Shown one piece after another: positions 61,570-64,000 of a DNA stretch of 64,000 nucleotides. Source of the stretch: Selaginella moellendorffii (Eukaryota > Plantae > Lycopodiophyta); contig NW_003314293.1 of the NCBI RefSeq assembly GCF_000143415.4, positions 960,062-1,024,061 on the forward strand, written 5' to 3'. The notes under the pieces are model-generated. The model worked only from the letters and a program-made list of their open reading frames with translations. It made no database searches and was not told the DNA's origin. A program made the translations under genes and the position numbers. How positions within the stretch are numbered: position 1 is the stretch's first letter; every line of letters begins with the position of its first letter.

Positions 61570-64000
61570 GTCAACGCCCTTTCATATTTAAAATGTCCAC
61601 CCTTGGTCCTGCTTCTGGTGTGGACCTTGTACAACGAATGGATATGGATGGAGACGGGGACTTGGCTAATTCTTGGATCCATTTCGACCATATGGAACGA
61701 GTTTCAGGCTGGTCAACAATGGGAGCTCATGTTTATGATCACAAGTGGTTATTCAATTTTTAAGGATCCATACCGATTTACATTATAACCATGCCTTCTA
61801 TAGGTTGCAATGCAACTTGACTATAGCTATAGCCGAATTTAAGCTTCAAGATTTTCAAGCACAAACCATCTTTTGGACATGTATGTCTGAAGTTGTTGAA
61901 CAACGAACTGGGAAGAAACCCAACTTTCATGGTAGATGCTGCTGGTGCTAACTGGTTGGCTGTACGACAAGTATTCGGAGGTGATAAAATTCAGCCGTTA
62001 CAAGGTAGAGAGAAGAGTTGTGAATTTCATTGGGCAAAGAGTGTCAACGAACATTGCCGATGCATCAAATCTGACTTCCATCACGAGTTCAAGCAGCTTT
62101 ATCGGGAATGGATGGATGCACCAATTAAAGAGGAGCACGAGGCAAAAGCAAATGAGATGCGCATATGGTGGCGTGAAGGAGACAAAGTGCCAATTGAACA
62201 CCTTCCACAAATGGAGTGTTAGCTTGTTGTAAGCTCCTGAGTTTGGACTTCCCGGGAGGTCACCTAGCCCAGTACTATTCAAACCCAAGGACGCTTAACC
62301 CCAAATATCCCAATACCCTTAACCAATTGGAAAAGGGGGTGCACTCTTGTTCATGGGCCCTTTCCCTCTATATTTGAACCCCATGGATCATCTCTCGAGT
62401 CGTTCCCTTTGGTTGCTTACAATCCACCACGCTTTCCTGCAAGTTCACGCCCTCGTGAACGGAAGCTGAGAGCCGCAGCTCTCTCGAGAGCCCCGCTCTC
62501 TTGACACCCTACCCCTCGGGTCGAGCCCAGCGGGAGGAAACTGGACCAGCCAGATGTCAATCAACATGTGGTGTGATTCCCTTAGCCAACCAACAAAGTT
62601 GGACCCGAGACCGCTTCTCTAATACCAAATGTAAGCTCCTGAGTTTGGACTTCCCGGGAGGTCACCCAGCCCAGTACTATTCAAACCCAAGGACGCTTAA
62701 CCCCAAATATCCCAAGACCCTTAACCGATTGGAAAAGGGGGTGCACTCTTGTTCATGGGCCCTTTCCCTCTATATTTGAACCCCATGGATCATCTCTCAA
62801 GTCGTTCCCTTTGGTTGCTTACACTTGTATGGTGGGAAGTTCGAATGTTTCAATGGAGCCATTATATTCTCCATGTAAGTTTTCTCTAATTTTCTTTTTT
62901 TGTCACATTCAAATGTTGCATTTTTCCTAGGATCAACCACTTGATGACATTGCACTTACACCAATAATTAATCTCTTTGAGAGCAAACATTGGAGTTGGA
63001 GAGCTTTTGAAGCAGGGAAAGGAAAAGTGTCCCTCTATGAAGCTACACTCTCCGACCTCACTAGATCTCTTGAGAAGTCATCAAAAGCTTTGGCTGCACA
63101 AGAAGCAAGGTTTGCTAGTACAGGTTCAAACTTAGACAAGCTTCGAGAGCGAGTTGGTAGAAGGACAACACCAGCAGCAAGGTCAATATCTAAGATGGTG
63201 GGGGAAGTTGTTACTGGAACTCCTATGGAATCAAGTTATGAACCACTTGGGGACATGAGGACAGCCCGTTTGAAACATCGACAGACATTTGATGGGCCCA
63301 ACACCACTCCTTCTAGCTCTCACCGTCCAAAGTTTGACTACCATTCTGTTCCACGACACCGAGAAGAACTAAGGAACATGGAGTGGAGGAGGTGCCAATT
63401 GTTACACAAGTAAATCCAGTGCCAGAGGTTGAGAAGATTATTGCTCGTGAGCCAGTTTCTCGTATCAACTGGGAAATTTGAAGAGTCAGTGCCAAGAGTA
63501 ATGCGCGTTGCTCTGGAATAATTGGGAGTCGAGGTCAGTGTCTTGCATTTGTGCGCTCAGGTTCAACTTCCTCAGCAGTACCATGTTTCTGGAGCTGTCG
63601 AGATCTAGGGGTAAAGGGCCGCCAGTCAAGTTGGATTTACTGTTGTGGGACTGATGTTACTCATACAAACCAGATCCACAGCTCAATTATCTCAAAGCCA
63701 GATTCTGTGCCAGAGGAGTGGCCAGTTAAGCGAAGCTGCAATATTTCAAAAGAAGAGATTGAAAGTCTGGAGAGAGCTGGTTTCAAGCTGAAGACTTCCT
63801 CAAATGTTGCTATTGATACTGCTATGCCACCAATGTCAACACTAGACCAGCATACACGACCAGCTAGAAATGGGAAGGCTGTACAATATAGGTCTTCCAT
63901 TTCAAAAGGTGCACAAGAGAAGATCAAGTTGGCAAAGGTGTTGAAATATACAATCACAAGGATAAACTACATCAGTGCCGTGGCTAAGGAGTTTGTTGTT
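61570..64000 (+). pseudogene. MULE-like DDE transposase, copy 2, interrupted by the Cassandra insertion
   Basis: FIFKMS..GPASGVDLVQRM...WIHFDHMERVSGWSTMGAHVYD; DAAGANWLAVRQVF...SCEFHW (CxxH); INLFESKHWSW. Short introns at ~61746-61803 and ~62876-62930. Confidence 0.78.
62228..62823 (-). mobile_element. Cassandra-type TRIM with 5S rRNA-derived segments in 194-bp LTRs (62228-62421, 62630-62823)
   Basis: TGTAAGC...GCTTACA LTRs (4 differences), perfect TSD CTTGT, PBS TGGTATTAGAG on the minus strand, 208-bp non-coding interior. Minus strand of 62245-62300 and 62647-62702 reads GGTTAAGCGTCCTTGGG...TAGTACTGGGCT(A/G)GGTGACCTCCCGGGAAGTCC, the 5S box A to box C region. Confidence 0.93.

Larger units (their letters stand above)
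56664..64000 (+). mobile_element. Mutator-like (MULE/SWIM) DNA transposon carrying a ParB-methyltransferase gene, copy 2 (runs off the window end)
   Basis: Same left terminus GGGGTTGGGTAGTTTTTGAGCTGAGCTC as at 42739, with a different flank. Colinear with copy 1. Confidence 0.85.

Noticed and set aside
62245-62702. 5S rRNA genes
   Set aside because: Only the ~56-bp internal promoter part is present, embedded in TRIM LTRs.

Overview
Eukaryotic, transposon-dense land-plant DNA. A lycophyte such as Selaginella is the most likely source; this is an inference from ~45-60 bp GT-AG introns, a PLS-class PPR pseudogene and a Crinkler-type gene. Layout: 1-15.3 kb, nested non-coding (LARD-like) LTR elements and solo LTRs of one family; 15.7-27.3 kb, a decayed non-chromoviral Ty3/Gypsy with extra ORFs and an inverted Gypsy fragment inside it; 28-38.6 kb, a small gene island (PPR pseudogene plus an apparently intact 3-exon Crinkler-like NTPase + PD-(D/E)xK nuclease gene) between duplicated fragments of an unknown gene; 40-64 kb, two direct copies of a Mutator-like (MULE/SWIM) DNA transposon. 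Highlights: (1) this transposon carries a divergently oriented, intron-containing gene for a ParB/Sulfiredoxin-like domain fused to a prokaryote-type beta-class N6A/N4C DNA methyltransferase, with an array of long palindromes between its two genes; (2) copy 1 holds a Gypsy element and a TRIM joined head-to-head through what look like unprocessed cDNA ends, inside a single 5-bp TSD; (3) copy 2 holds a young 5S-rRNA-bearing Cassandra TRIM. All calls are by eye, with no database searches.
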